34,624 bases of DNA from Candidatus Falkowbacteria bacterium (GTDB lineage Bacteria; Patescibacteriota; Patescibacteriia; Patescibacteriales; UBA12465). The DNA is taken from contig CAIZYV010000052.1 of assembly GCA_903937325.1 (NCBI GenBank), positions 1-34,624 of the forward strand, read 5' to 3'. The notes below the pieces were generated by a model. The model did not search any database. It was not told where the DNA came from and saw only the letters and a list, made by a program, of their open reading frames with translations. Of this stretch, positions 10,659 to 19,190 are shown piece by piece (position 1 is the first letter of the stretch; each line of letters begins with the position of its first letter). The translations under genes were made by a program, and so were the position numbers.

Positions 10659-12572
10659 TTATTGTCTATATTCAAATAAATAAACTTCTCCTTGATTAAT
10701 CTTTTCAAAGTAGTCAGCACTTAGTTTGGCTTCGGCGATTATTTTATTACTTGCCCACCAATACTTATTAATAATAAGATAAGCACGTTTTACATTGGCA
10801 AAATCCATTGCCTCTTTCATTGTCTTTCGATCGGCAGAATCATAAACCATTTTTAAATAATATTGATAGAGCGGACCGCCTGTTGGTATGGGGTAAAAAT
10901 AGATTTCTTCTTTTTCAGTTTTTAGATAACGACGAAAGCCAAATTCACTTAAGGCTGCCGCGCTCGCCTGTTGATTGGCCAAGGTAATATAAGCTTCTCC
11001 TTGTGATAAGTTTTCGGCTTTTTTAACAGCGATGATATCGGCAGCGCTAGTTGAATAGCCTCGGGAATTATAATAATTATCCCAGCGAGGGTAAGATCCG
11101 TAAACAGAAATGCTTATTGTAAAAGCGGCGATAAGAACAATCAAAGCGTGTATTACTTTTTTTTGTTGACTCGTTTTTAGGCCTAGTTGGTATAATATTT
11201 CCCAGTATAATGGCATTAAGATTATTAAGGCGATTATCGGTAAGCGTTCGGCATAGTCACCTTGTTCGTAGGCAATAAGCGCGGGAAATTCAAAGCCGCG
11301 GCTAATTAGATAGGCGCTGATAGCGGCTAAAGCGCTGAGTCCTAAAAGAGTGGCACTTTGTCTTTTTTCTTCGCTCGGCCATAAAAAGAATCGTTTGAAA
11401 AAAATCAGTAAAGCACCGGCGAAGAGTAGCCAGAAATAATTATTGATAAAGAAGTAACTTAGGTTAAGTAGATATCCTTCACTGTTACTAAAAATAGGAT
11501 TAAGCGCACTGAGATTAAAACTTTGCCAGGTTAGCCTGCCAAAAGAAGCCGCCGCCCAAATGGTCAGACAAAATGACAACAGGGAGGCAATAAAAATAAT
11601 GATTGGCTGGCGTAGTCTTTGTATTAAGTTCAACTGTGGTATTATCCTTGGTCCTAGGGACAAAACTACGATCAGGAGGGCGGGTAGGCCGGCCAGAGGG
11701 TGCACAGCTAGAGTGGCTAAGGAGGAAAATAGGCTTAAAGGCCAGGCGGCCTTTTTGTAAAGGAAAATGACAGTAGCTAAGAGTAATAAGTAACTGAAAT
11801 TTTGTGGTGTATTAGCGATAAAAGGAGAAAAACCTATAATCAAGAGCATTAAACTGGCCAACCAACTTATTTTTTGGTCTTCTTCGCGATGATGTAAGTA
11901 GGGAAGTAAATGTGGTAAAGAAAGAGCGGCGACTAGTGGCAAAATCCATTGGTTTATAAGGTGTAAACTTAAGCCGCTAATTTTATGGATGAGAATTATT
12001 AAGCTATAATTGCCGATGTAATAAGGTGTTTTTGGCAATATATAACCGTATTGGCTTATTTCTGCCATCGCCGCTTGGTGGATAAAGGGATCAAAACCAT
12101 AACCTAAGCGATAGACTATTGCCGCAATTGAAAATAAGTTAAAATAATAAATTGTGAGAATTATTTTTTTGTATATCGGAGCGGCTTTTTTATTTAAGGC
12201 TAATATTGATAAAATAGTAGCGGTGCTGATGGCGACAAAAAAGAAAGGATTGATTACAGTCCAAGGGGAGATTATAGCTGCATCTGTTTGTGCTCTGATA
12301 ACTAAGATAAGAGCTAGTCCGCTCGCTAACCAGCTTAAAGCAGCATAAATCCAGAAACTTAAACTAGTTGCCGTTTGTTCTTTTTTTTCTTGTACTTGTT
12401 TTGTTAGTTGTGATTTTAAGCCAAAATATAATATTACGGCTATGACAGTACTGGCAATCAATCCGAGCCAGTTAAGGGCATAGAGAAAATAGACTATGGC
12501 GCTCGCGCTGATAAAAAGGCAGAGGGCGAGCCAAATTTTTTCAAAATTAAGATAAGATAAGTATTTTCGCAT
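10659..12572 (-). CDS. Polytopic membrane protein, possible GT-C fold glycosyltransferase
   Basis: More than 12 hydrophobic segments, loop motif GFDPFIHQA, HPL motif and a soluble C-terminal domain. Confidence 0.6.
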   Translation of the reverse strand: MRKYLSYLNFEKIWLALCLFISASAIVYFLYALNWLGLIASTVIAVILYFGLKSQLTKQVQEKKEQTATSLSFWIYAALSWLASGLALILVIRAQTDAAIISPWTVINPFFFVAISTATILSILALNKKAAPIYKKIILTIYYFNLFSIAAIVYRLGYGFDPFIHQAAMAEISQYGYILPKTPYYIGNYSLIILIHKISGLSLHLINQWILPLVAALSLPHLLPYLHHREEDQKISWLASLMLLIIGFSPFIANTPQNFSYLLLLATVIFLYKKAAWPLSLFSSLATLAVHPLAGLPALLIVVLSLGPRIIPQLNLIQRLRQPIIIFIASLLSFCLTIWAAASFGRLTWQSFNLSALNPIFSNSEGYLLNLSYFFINNYFWLLFAGALLIFFKRFFLWPSEEKRQSATLLGLSALAAISAYLISRGFEFPALIAYEQGDYAERLPIIALIILMPLYWEILYQLGLKTSQQKKVIHALIVLIAAFTISISVYGSYPRWDNYYNSRGYSTSAADIIAVKKAENLSQGEAYITLANQQASAAALSEFGFRRYLKTEKEEIYFYPIPTGGPLYQYYLKMVYDSADRKTMKEAMDFANVKRAYLIINKYWWASNKIIAEAKLSADYFEKINQGEVYLFEYRQ

Positions 12573-12580
12573 ATAGCTAT

Positions 12581-12623
12581 ATCATAGCAAATTCTTGCTT
12601 ATTCGGACAATTTTGGCTACTAT
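12581..12623. promoter_or_regulatory. Overlapping divergent promoters
   Basis: Plus strand: TTGCTT (12595) - 17 nt - TACTAT (12618). Minus strand: TTGTCC - 18 nt - TATGAT with extended TG, a few nt before the ATG at 12572. Confidence 0.5.
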
Positions 12624-12658
12624 TAAAAAGAAGATTAAAGGATAAAAATAAGCTTTTT

Positions 12659-14464
12659 ATGAAATTAAGCTGGTTTTGGCAAAAAATAGATTATATTGTG
12701 GTCGGGCTCTTAGCCTTGGTTTTTTTTGTGTCTACGGCCGCTTTTAATTATTATACGCAATCACCGGATTATGTTAAATTTTTATCTCCGGACGAAACAG
12801 CTAATTATTTTTTTGCTCGGCAATATGCCGAATCTGGCCAGTTATCTGTTTTCGAACCGGCTAATCTTGTCGCCGAAGAAATTGTCCATCCGCGCAGTGT
12901 CCGCAGCGATCACGGCTGGTTGAAGCCGGTTAGTTTTCTCGGCATTATTTTAGTTTATGGTCAGATTGGGGCAGTCCTTGGTGTTGGTGTAATTCCCTAT
13001 TTAAGTCCCTTCTTTGCCTCTTTAGGTATTTTGTTTTTTTATGCTTTTGTCCGTCGTCTTTTCGGCAGACAGACTGCTTTGATTTCTGCTTTTCTGCTCG
13101 CTTCTTTTCCGGTTTATTTTTTCTATACCGCCAGAAGCATGTTTCATAATATTTTATTTACCGTTTTTCTTTTGGCGGGAACTTATTTTTTAAGTATCGC
13201 TATGCCGGCTAAATCGGCGGCAGAGGTTTCTTTCTGGCGCTGGCAATTAAATAAAGGAGCTTGGCCGTCTTTTTTATGGTCTTTTTTAGCCGGATTGATG
13301 TTTGGCGGAGCGGTTGGTGCGCGTTCATCAGAATTATTATGGCTAGCGCCCGTTTTGTTTATTGCTTGGCTTTTTTATGCTCGCCGTTTTGGCGTAACTA
13401 GATTAGTTCTGGCAGTGGCCGGGATCGTGCTCGCTCTCTTACCGATTTTTTATTGGAATCAGATTTTATATTCATCGCCTTTTTACGGCGGTTATGGCGA
13501 AATGAATAAATCGATTACGGAATTATCTCAAGCCGGCGGGCAGTTTATTCAATCGACTATTTCCGGCAGTTTTTCCAGATACCAGGCCTTATCTGATACT
13601 GTTTTAAAGAATATTTTTTATTTCGGCTATCAGCCTTATCAGTCTTTGCGCATGTTTTTTTACTATGTGGTAAAAATGTTTCCGGCTTTGTGTCTTCTGA
13701 CTTTTTTTGGTTTGCTGATATTTTTATTTCGTGTTTTTCGTCGTCCCAAGCGGGGCGCTTATCTTTATCTTTTTTCTTGGCTGATATTATCTTTGATTCT
13801 CGTTTTTTATTATGGTAGCTGGCGCTTTAATGATAATCCTGATCCGCGGCGCTTTACTATTGGTAATTCTTATACTCGTTATTGGCTGCCGATGTATCTT
13901 ATGGCTCTGCCTTTAGCCGCTTTAGCTATTAGTTCTTTTTCCCGCTGGTTTGCTTCTTTGTTTAAATTTAAAACTGGCGATGATGGCCGTATTTTTGCGC
14001 GTTCTTTTTTGACTGGTGGCTTGATGGTTTTTTTAAGTGCTGCCTGGGTATTTAATACCTCTATGTTTACTTTTTTTGGCTCTGAGGAGGGATTGGCGAC
14101 CCTGTACCACAATCATATTGTTGATCGGGAAAATGCTCAGATTATTTTGGCGGCAACAGAACCGGAGGCGATAATCGTCACTCAATATCATGATAAACAG
14201 CTCTTTCCGGAGCGTAAAGTCGTTAACGCTTTACTGACCAATGAAGCGGTTAATAATAGTCTCGGCCAATTATTGTCTTTATATCCGATTTACTATTTTA
14301 ATTTTTCTTTTCCTGAAAAAGATTTTCAGTATTTGAATGAACGTCTATTACCGTCTTTCGGTTTTAATTTAGAATTAAAAGATAAACGCGGACGCTTTGG
14401 TTTATATCGCTTAATACCATTTTCGGCTTCAAGTACCCAAGCTATTATTGGCGAGGAAAAATAA
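12659..14464 (+). CDS. GT-C membrane glycosyltransferase (PMT/ArnT, GT39/GT83-like)
   Basis: SPDETANY acidic loop motif after the first TM, 'RRLFGRQTALISAFLLASFP' pattern, late RYWLP motif, many TMs. Confidence 0.8.
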   Translation: MKLSWFWQKIDYIVVGLLALVFFVSTAAFNYYTQSPDYVKFLSPDETANYFFARQYAESGQLSVFEPANLVAEEIVHPRSVRSDHGWLKPVSFLGIILVYGQIGAVLGVGVIPYLSPFFASLGILFFYAFVRRLFGRQTALISAFLLASFPVYFFYTARSMFHNILFTVFLLAGTYFLSIAMPAKSAAEVSFWRWQLNKGAWPSFLWSFLAGLMFGGAVGARSSELLWLAPVLFIAWLFYARRFGVTRLVLAVAGIVLALLPIFYWNQILYSSPFYGGYGEMNKSITELSQAGGQFIQSTISGSFSRYQALSDTVLKNIFYFGYQPYQSLRMFFYYVVKMFPALCLLTFFGLLIFLFRVFRRPKRGAYLYLFSWLILSLILVFYYGSWRFNDNPDPRRFTIGNSYTRYWLPMYLMALPLAALAISSFSRWFASLFKFKTGDDGRIFARSFLTGGLMVFLSAAWVFNTSMFTFFGSEEGLATLYHNHIVDRENAQIILAATEPEAIIVTQYHDKQLFPERKVVNALLTNEAVNNSLGQLLSLYPIYYFNFSFPEKDFQYLNERLLPSFGFNLELKDKRGRFGLYRLIPFSASSTQAIIGEEK

Positions 14465-14474
14465 ATTTTATTTT

Positions 14475-15776
14475 ATGTTTTATCATATAATTACTATTGG
14501 CTGCCAGATGAATAAATCTGATAGCGAGCGCATCGCTTCTTTTTTAGATGAGAAAGGCTATAAATTTCAGTCTTCTTGGCTGGGGGCTGATTTGGTTGTT
14601 ATGACTACTTGCGGTATCCGTCAGTCAGCTGAAGATCGGGTTTATGGTTTAGTAAATCGTATTCGCCAGAGCAATCCTAAAGCGGTTTTGGTTATTACCG
14701 GTTGTTTGTCCCATCGCGCCGATGTGCAAAAGAGGCTAAAGGGTCGGGTAGATTTATTTATGCCGATTAATGAATTGCCAAATTTATTCGCCTTGTTAAA
14801 AGATAGCCGTCAGGATTTAGCTTTAAGTTCGGAGGCGGTGCGAAAATTGAGCGGTGAAAAATATTTAACTATCTTACCTAAATATCAAAGTAATTTTAGT
14901 GCCTATTTACCAATTGGCAACGGCTGCAATAATTTTTGTTCTTATTGTGTTGTCCCTTATGCCCGCGGTCGCGAAGTTTACCGTCCGACCGCTGATATTA
15001 TTAGTGAAGCTAAGGCTTTGCTTAAACGTGGTTATAAGGAAATAATTTTAGTGGCGCAGAACGTTAATAGTTATAAGAGCGGCCGGAGCGACTTTCCAAA
15101 ATTATTAGAGAAAGTAGCGCTTTTACCCGGTGATTTTTGGTTGCGCTTTTCTTCGAGTCACCCCAAAGATTTATCCGATAATCTAATCAAAGTTATTGCC
15201 TCTTCTGATAAGATTTGTCATCACTTGCATGTCGCCGTACAATCTGGTGACGACGAAGTTTTAAAAGCGATGAATCGTCAATATACAGCGGCACATTTTC
15301 GCTCTTTAATTGCAAAAATCAGGCGAGCTAAACCTGGTATTGCTGTGACGACCGATGTGATTGTCGGATTCCCGGGAGAAAGTAAAAAACAGTTTCAAAA
15401 TTCTGTGCGGCTCTTTAAAGATTTAAATTTCGATATGGCTTATACGGCGCAATATAGCCCTCGTCCGGGTACCGTTTCTTGGCGGATGAAAGACGACGTT
15501 AGCCGAGAAGAGAAGAAGCGCCGCGAAGATATTTTGACGACTATATTAAGAAAGAGCGGACGGAAAGCAAATGAAACTTATTTAAAGCAAATAGTCAAAG
15601 TCTTAGCCGAGGGGCAGAATAAACGCCATAAATATTACGGCAAGACTTCTAGCTTCAAGACCGTTCTTTTTAGTGCGCCGTCTTCAGTTATTTCCGAAGA
15701 TATTATTGGTACCTTTGTCACCGTTAAAATAAAAAAAATCCAGGATTTTGGCCTGGAAGGCGAGTTGATAAAATAA
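14475..15776 (+). CDS. miaB: tRNA methylthiotransferase MiaB
   Basis: GCQMNKSDSE, radical SAM CNNFCSYC, YSPRPGT and a C-terminal TRAM-like region; near miaA. ATG at 14475. Confidence 0.93.
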   Translation: MFYHIITIGCQMNKSDSERIASFLDEKGYKFQSSWLGADLVVMTTCGIRQSAEDRVYGLVNRIRQSNPKAVLVITGCLSHRADVQKRLKGRVDLFMPINELPNLFALLKDSRQDLALSSEAVRKLSGEKYLTILPKYQSNFSAYLPIGNGCNNFCSYCVVPYARGREVYRPTADIISEAKALLKRGYKEIILVAQNVNSYKSGRSDFPKLLEKVALLPGDFWLRFSSSHPKDLSDNLIKVIASSDKICHHLHVAVQSGDDEVLKAMNRQYTAAHFRSLIAKIRRAKPGIAVTTDVIVGFPGESKKQFQNSVRLFKDLNFDMAYTAQYSPRPGTVSWRMKDDVSREEKKRREDILTTILRKSGRKANETYLKQIVKVLAEGQNKRHKYYGKTSSFKTVLFSAPSSVISEDIIGTFVTVKIKKIQDFGLEGELIK

Positions 15777-15806
15777 AACAAGCATCTGTAAAAGATGCTT
15801 GTGTTT
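15771..15806. terminator. Intrinsic terminator (U-tract better on the minus strand)
   Basis: 10-bp stem ACAAGCATCT-gtaaa-AGATGCTTGT. On the minus strand it is followed by TTTATTTT. Confidence 0.8.
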
Positions 15807-15961
15807 CAGAGCACATTTCCGTCAACCGTTATGGATTTTGTGCACTCAATTTGCTCGCTGGGCCGGCATTGCGTTTTTTTGTTAACGATGTACCGGGCGG
15901 ACGCAGTGGTCTGATTCTTTTCATGGCGCTGAAATTTTTTTGGTTTATAATAGAAAGAACA
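15775..15961 (-). ncRNA. Candidate ~185-nt small transcript (structured sRNA and/or sORF mRNA)
   Basis: Bounded by a perfect promoter and a terminator; has a GC-richer core that can be hand-folded into a long irregular hairpin. Confidence 0.5.
15829..15924 (-). CDS. Candidate 31-aa basic small ORF MKRIRPLRPPGTSLTKKRNAGPASKLSAQNP
   Basis: Hand-translated ATG..TAA inside the promoter-terminator unit; A-rich leader without SD. Confidence 0.35.
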   Translation of the reverse strand: MKRIRPLRPPGTSLTKKRNAGPASKLSAQNP

Positions 15962-15966
15962 CTTAA

Positions 15967-15995
15967 ATTATAGGCAATTAGTCTTTTTATGTCAA
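15967..15995 (-). promoter_or_regulatory. Perfect consensus sigma70 promoter on the minus strand
   Basis: Reverse complement reads TTGACA-taaaaagactaattgcc(17 nt)-TATAAT. The -35 box overlaps the miaA start codon. Confidence 0.85.
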
Positions 15996-16933
15996 ATAAA
16001 GGCGATAAATTTAAGAAAACAAAGGTTTTAGTTATTCTTGGGCCGACGGCTTCCGGTAAGACGTCTTTAGGGGTGCGCTTAGCTCGTAAATATAACGGAG
16101 AAATAATTTCTGCCGACAGTCGTCAGGTTTATCGAGGTATGGATATTGGTAGCGGTAAGGATTTAGCTGAATATCTGGTTGATGGGCAGGCTATTCCTTA
16201 TCATCTGATTGATGTTGTTGATCCTCAGACTGAATTTAATTTGGCTGATTATCAAAAACTCGCTTTTGTGGCAATTGAAGATATATCGAAGCGCGGGTGT
16301 CTGCCGATAATTGTTGGCGGCAGTGGTCTTTATCTCCAGGCAGTTGTCGATAATTATAATTTAAGTGCGATTAAACCGGATGTAAAAAAGCGCTCTTTGC
16401 TTGACTCTTTGAGTCGGGAACAACTGTTTGCACGATTGGAAAAATTAAAACCAGAATTTGCTGGACAGCTTAATAATAGTGATAAAAATAATCCGCGTCG
16501 CCTTGTTCGTTATTTGGAAATTCTCGAGACAGATGAGTCGGCACCACCTAAAATCGAGTCACCTTATGATTTTTTGCTTTTAGGTCTGGATTGGCCTGAT
16601 GATATTTTACGAGAAAGAATTAAGCAGAGAATTATCACTCGCTTAGAAAATGAAGATATGATTGGTGAAGTTAGCCGTTTACAAACCGATGGTCTTAGTT
16701 GGCAGCGTCTTTGCTCTTTTGGTTTAGAATATAAATTTATTTCTTATTATCTTTTAGATAAACTTAGTTATGAGGAGATGATAGAGAAGTTAAGCATTGC
16801 TTCTTATCGTTTTGCTAAACATCAGAAAACCTGGTTTCGCCGTTGGGAAAAACAGGGCAGAAAAATTGAATGGGTAAAAGATAAAATCGAAGCAGAAAAT
16901 TTAATTAATCAGTATTTTGGTTCGTCTGAATAA
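15989..16933 (+). CDS. miaA: tRNA dimethylallyltransferase MiaA
   Basis: GPTASGKT, EIISADSRQVYRGMDIG, IIVGGSGLY and FAKHQKTWFRR. Confidence 0.97.
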   Translation: MSNKGDKFKKTKVLVILGPTASGKTSLGVRLARKYNGEIISADSRQVYRGMDIGSGKDLAEYLVDGQAIPYHLIDVVDPQTEFNLADYQKLAFVAIEDISKRGCLPIIVGGSGLYLQAVVDNYNLSAIKPDVKKRSLLDSLSREQLFARLEKLKPEFAGQLNNSDKNNPRRLVRYLEILETDESAPPKIESPYDFLLLGLDWPDDILRERIKQRIITRLENEDMIGEVSRLQTDGLSWQRLCSFGLEYKFISYYLLDKLSYEEMIEKLSIASYRFAKHQKTWFRRWEKQGRKIEWVKDKIEAENLINQYFGSSE

Positions 16934-16941
16934 AAACCAAC

Positions 16942-16972
16942 AAAAAAGCGCTTGCATATGCAAGCGCTTTTT
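16942..16972. terminator. Bidirectional terminator formed by a perfect 30-bp palindrome
   Basis: AAAAAGCGCTTGCAT|ATGCAAGCGCTTTTT between convergent miaA and gatB. Confidence 0.85.
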
Positions 16973-16990
16973 ATAATCTTAAGACTTGGT

Positions 16991-18508
16991 TTATTTTAAT
17001 AGTAATTTTTCTAACAAAGGTTTTACTTTTTCAGGATTAGCTTTACCTTTCGTTTCGGCCATTACTTTGCCGATAAAGAATTGAATTAGTGGTAATTTGC
17101 CTTTCTTATATTCGGTGACTTGTTGTGGGTTAGCTTGGATAACAGTATAAATAGCTTTTTCTAATTCCTCTTCATTGTCTGATTGTTCTAATTCTAGCTT
17201 AACCATAATATCACTCGGATCGCCGCCCTCCCAATACATTATTTCTAGAATTCTTTGCCCCGCGTTGGAATTAATTTTGTTCTGCCAAATAAGCGTCATT
17301 AATTCGGCAAAATTTTCTGCTGTCATCTTTAAATTACCGGCGCTACGTTTATTGGTATTGAGATTTTTTAATAATTCCCCCGTAATCCAATTAGCCGCCA
17401 TTTGGGCGACATTTTTATTTTGGCGTTCAAAATTATCACCGCTCGTTTCTATCCAAGCACCGATTTCGGACACGACATTTTCAAAGAAGGCTGACAGCTC
17501 TTTATCGTTGGCGATTGTTTCAGCGCTTTCCGCTTTAAGACCGTACTGGTGCTGAAAACGTTTCTGCTTGACGCCAGGCAGCTCTACTAGACTTTGTTTA
17601 AGAGAGTTAATCCAAGCCTCGTCGATAATTATCGGGGGGATGTCTGGTTCGGGAAAATAACGGTAATCGGCGGCTGTTTCTTTGCGGCGCTGAGCAATTG
17701 TTTCGTTCTTTTTTTCGTCCCAGCCGCGGGTTTCGGGAATTATTTCTAAATCTTCATTTAAAGCTTTTTCTTGGCGGCTGATTTCATAATTAATCGCCTT
17801 TTCTACGGCACGGAAAGAATTGATATTTTTTACCTCTACTTTGTTGTTTAGTTTTTTTCGACCGGTCGGCAGAATCTGTCCTTTTTCATATTTCCAAGCG
17901 CCTGGTTTCTGCAAGCTAATATTTGCTTCACAGCGCATTTCTCCTTTTTCCATGTCGGCGTTGCTGACTGCCAAAAAGCGCAGAACACGCTGATAGTTCT
18001 GACAGAATTTTTTTGCTTCTTCCGCACTTTTGATGACCGGTTCTGTAACCAGCTCGACTAAAGGAGTACCGGCTCGATTGAAATCGATCAGAGTATCTTG
18101 GCTATTTTGTGGATGGAATGATTTGCCAGTATCTTCTTCCAGATGAATGCGAGTTATTTCGATTTCTCGGCCATCTATTTCCAATTTTCCCTGGGAACAG
18201 AAAGGCTGGTCATATTGAGAAATCTGATAGCCTTTAGGCAGGTCGGGATAGAAATAATTTTTACGGTCGAATTTAGAATGCCGATTAATTTGGCAATCTA
18301 AAGCCAGGCCAATGAGTAAGGTCCAATCGATTGCTTGCTTGTTTGGTGTCGGCAAAGTACCGGGGTGACCGAGGCAAATGGGGCAGACCGTTGTATTTGG
18401 TGCCTTGCCCTCGCTGTCGTTATTACAAGAGCAGAACATTTTGCTCTTAGTTTTTAGTTCGGCGTGAATTTCTAAGCCGATAATGATATCATATTTCATA
18501 TCTTTCAT
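16991..18508 (-). CDS. gatB: Asp-tRNA(Asn)/Glu-tRNA(Gln) amidotransferase subunit B
   Basis: IGLEIHAEL, FDRKNYFYPDLPKGYQISQ, DYRYFPEPD. Start may instead be at 18499. Confidence 0.98.
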   Translation of the reverse strand: MKDMKYDIIIGLEIHAELKTKSKMFCSCNNDSEGKAPNTTVCPICLGHPGTLPTPNKQAIDWTLLIGLALDCQINRHSKFDRKNYFYPDLPKGYQISQYDQPFCSQGKLEIDGREIEITRIHLEEDTGKSFHPQNSQDTLIDFNRAGTPLVELVTEPVIKSAEEAKKFCQNYQRVLRFLAVSNADMEKGEMRCEANISLQKPGAWKYEKGQILPTGRKKLNNKVEVKNINSFRAVEKAINYEISRQEKALNEDLEIIPETRGWDEKKNETIAQRRKETAADYRYFPEPDIPPIIIDEAWINSLKQSLVELPGVKQKRFQHQYGLKAESAETIANDKELSAFFENVVSEIGAWIETSGDNFERQNKNVAQMAANWITGELLKNLNTNKRSAGNLKMTAENFAELMTLIWQNKINSNAGQRILEIMYWEGGDPSDIMVKLELEQSDNEEELEKAIYTVIQANPQQVTEYKKGKLPLIQFFIGKVMAETKGKANPEKVKPLLEKLLLK

Positions 18509-18611
18509 TTTACCTGGAAAATGATAAAATCGGAAGTCTTGACCATTTTTCTAATTAGTGATAAATATTAGTCTTAGTTATTTTAAAAAACAATAATAAA
18601 AAAGCAAGCAA

Positions 18612-19133
18612 ATGGAAGAAAAAGCTTATTCGCCGAAGATTGATTTTTGGCAAGATTTAACCAGGATTATAAAACCGAAGGACAGGGAAACGGTTATGAT
18701 CGAGTGGCAAGGTATTTATCAAAAGATCGGCATCCACCCGCCCATGGATAGTTTATCTATTCCGTCGCGACGCAGCCGAAACTCCCTTCTCACTATTGTG
18801 CTGCCTGATTGTCGACATGAAGTAATTGATTTTTTTCAGAAGGAAGTGATCAGAAAAAAAATTGATCAAGAAGCTATTATTGAGCTTCTTGCTCTTGAAA
18901 GCCATAATTATTTTGATCCCTATGCCGTTTGGCTTCACAAAGATGCCAAGAAGGATTTTCTTGAAACAATTTTAGAAGAAATTTATTATTGTTTCTACGA
19001 TATGAAAAAAAGCCAATGGCATCAATATGGCCAGATTGCTTTTAAATCGCAGGCGGAAAATAAAACGATTTCTTTGTCTGAAGGGTTGTTCAGTGGTAAC
19101 TTATCAATTGGTTATCAATACAATGTTTTTTGA
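18612..19133 (+). CDS. Hypothetical protein (173 aa)
   Basis: Fills the intergenic space opposite to both neighbours, with an A-rich leader and its own terminator. No recognised motif. Confidence 0.7.
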   Translation: MEEKAYSPKIDFWQDLTRIIKPKDRETVMIEWQGIYQKIGIHPPMDSLSIPSRRSRNSLLTIVLPDCRHEVIDFFQKEVIRKKIDQEAIIELLALESHNYFDPYAVWLHKDAKKDFLETILEEIYYCFYDMKKSQWHQYGQIAFKSQAENKTISLSEGLFSGNLSIGYQYNVF

Positions 19134-19170
19134 AAAAAGGGCTGTTACGCATCAACGTAACAGCCTTTTT
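19134..19170. terminator. Bidirectional intrinsic terminator
   Basis: AAAAAGGGCTGTTACG-catcaa-CGTAACAGCCTTTTT. Confidence 0.88.
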
Positions 19171-19190
19171 CATTTCCTTTTTAGTTGTTA

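Noticed and set aside
17175..17555. 126-aa plus-strand ORF
   Set aside because: Antisense shadow of gatB.
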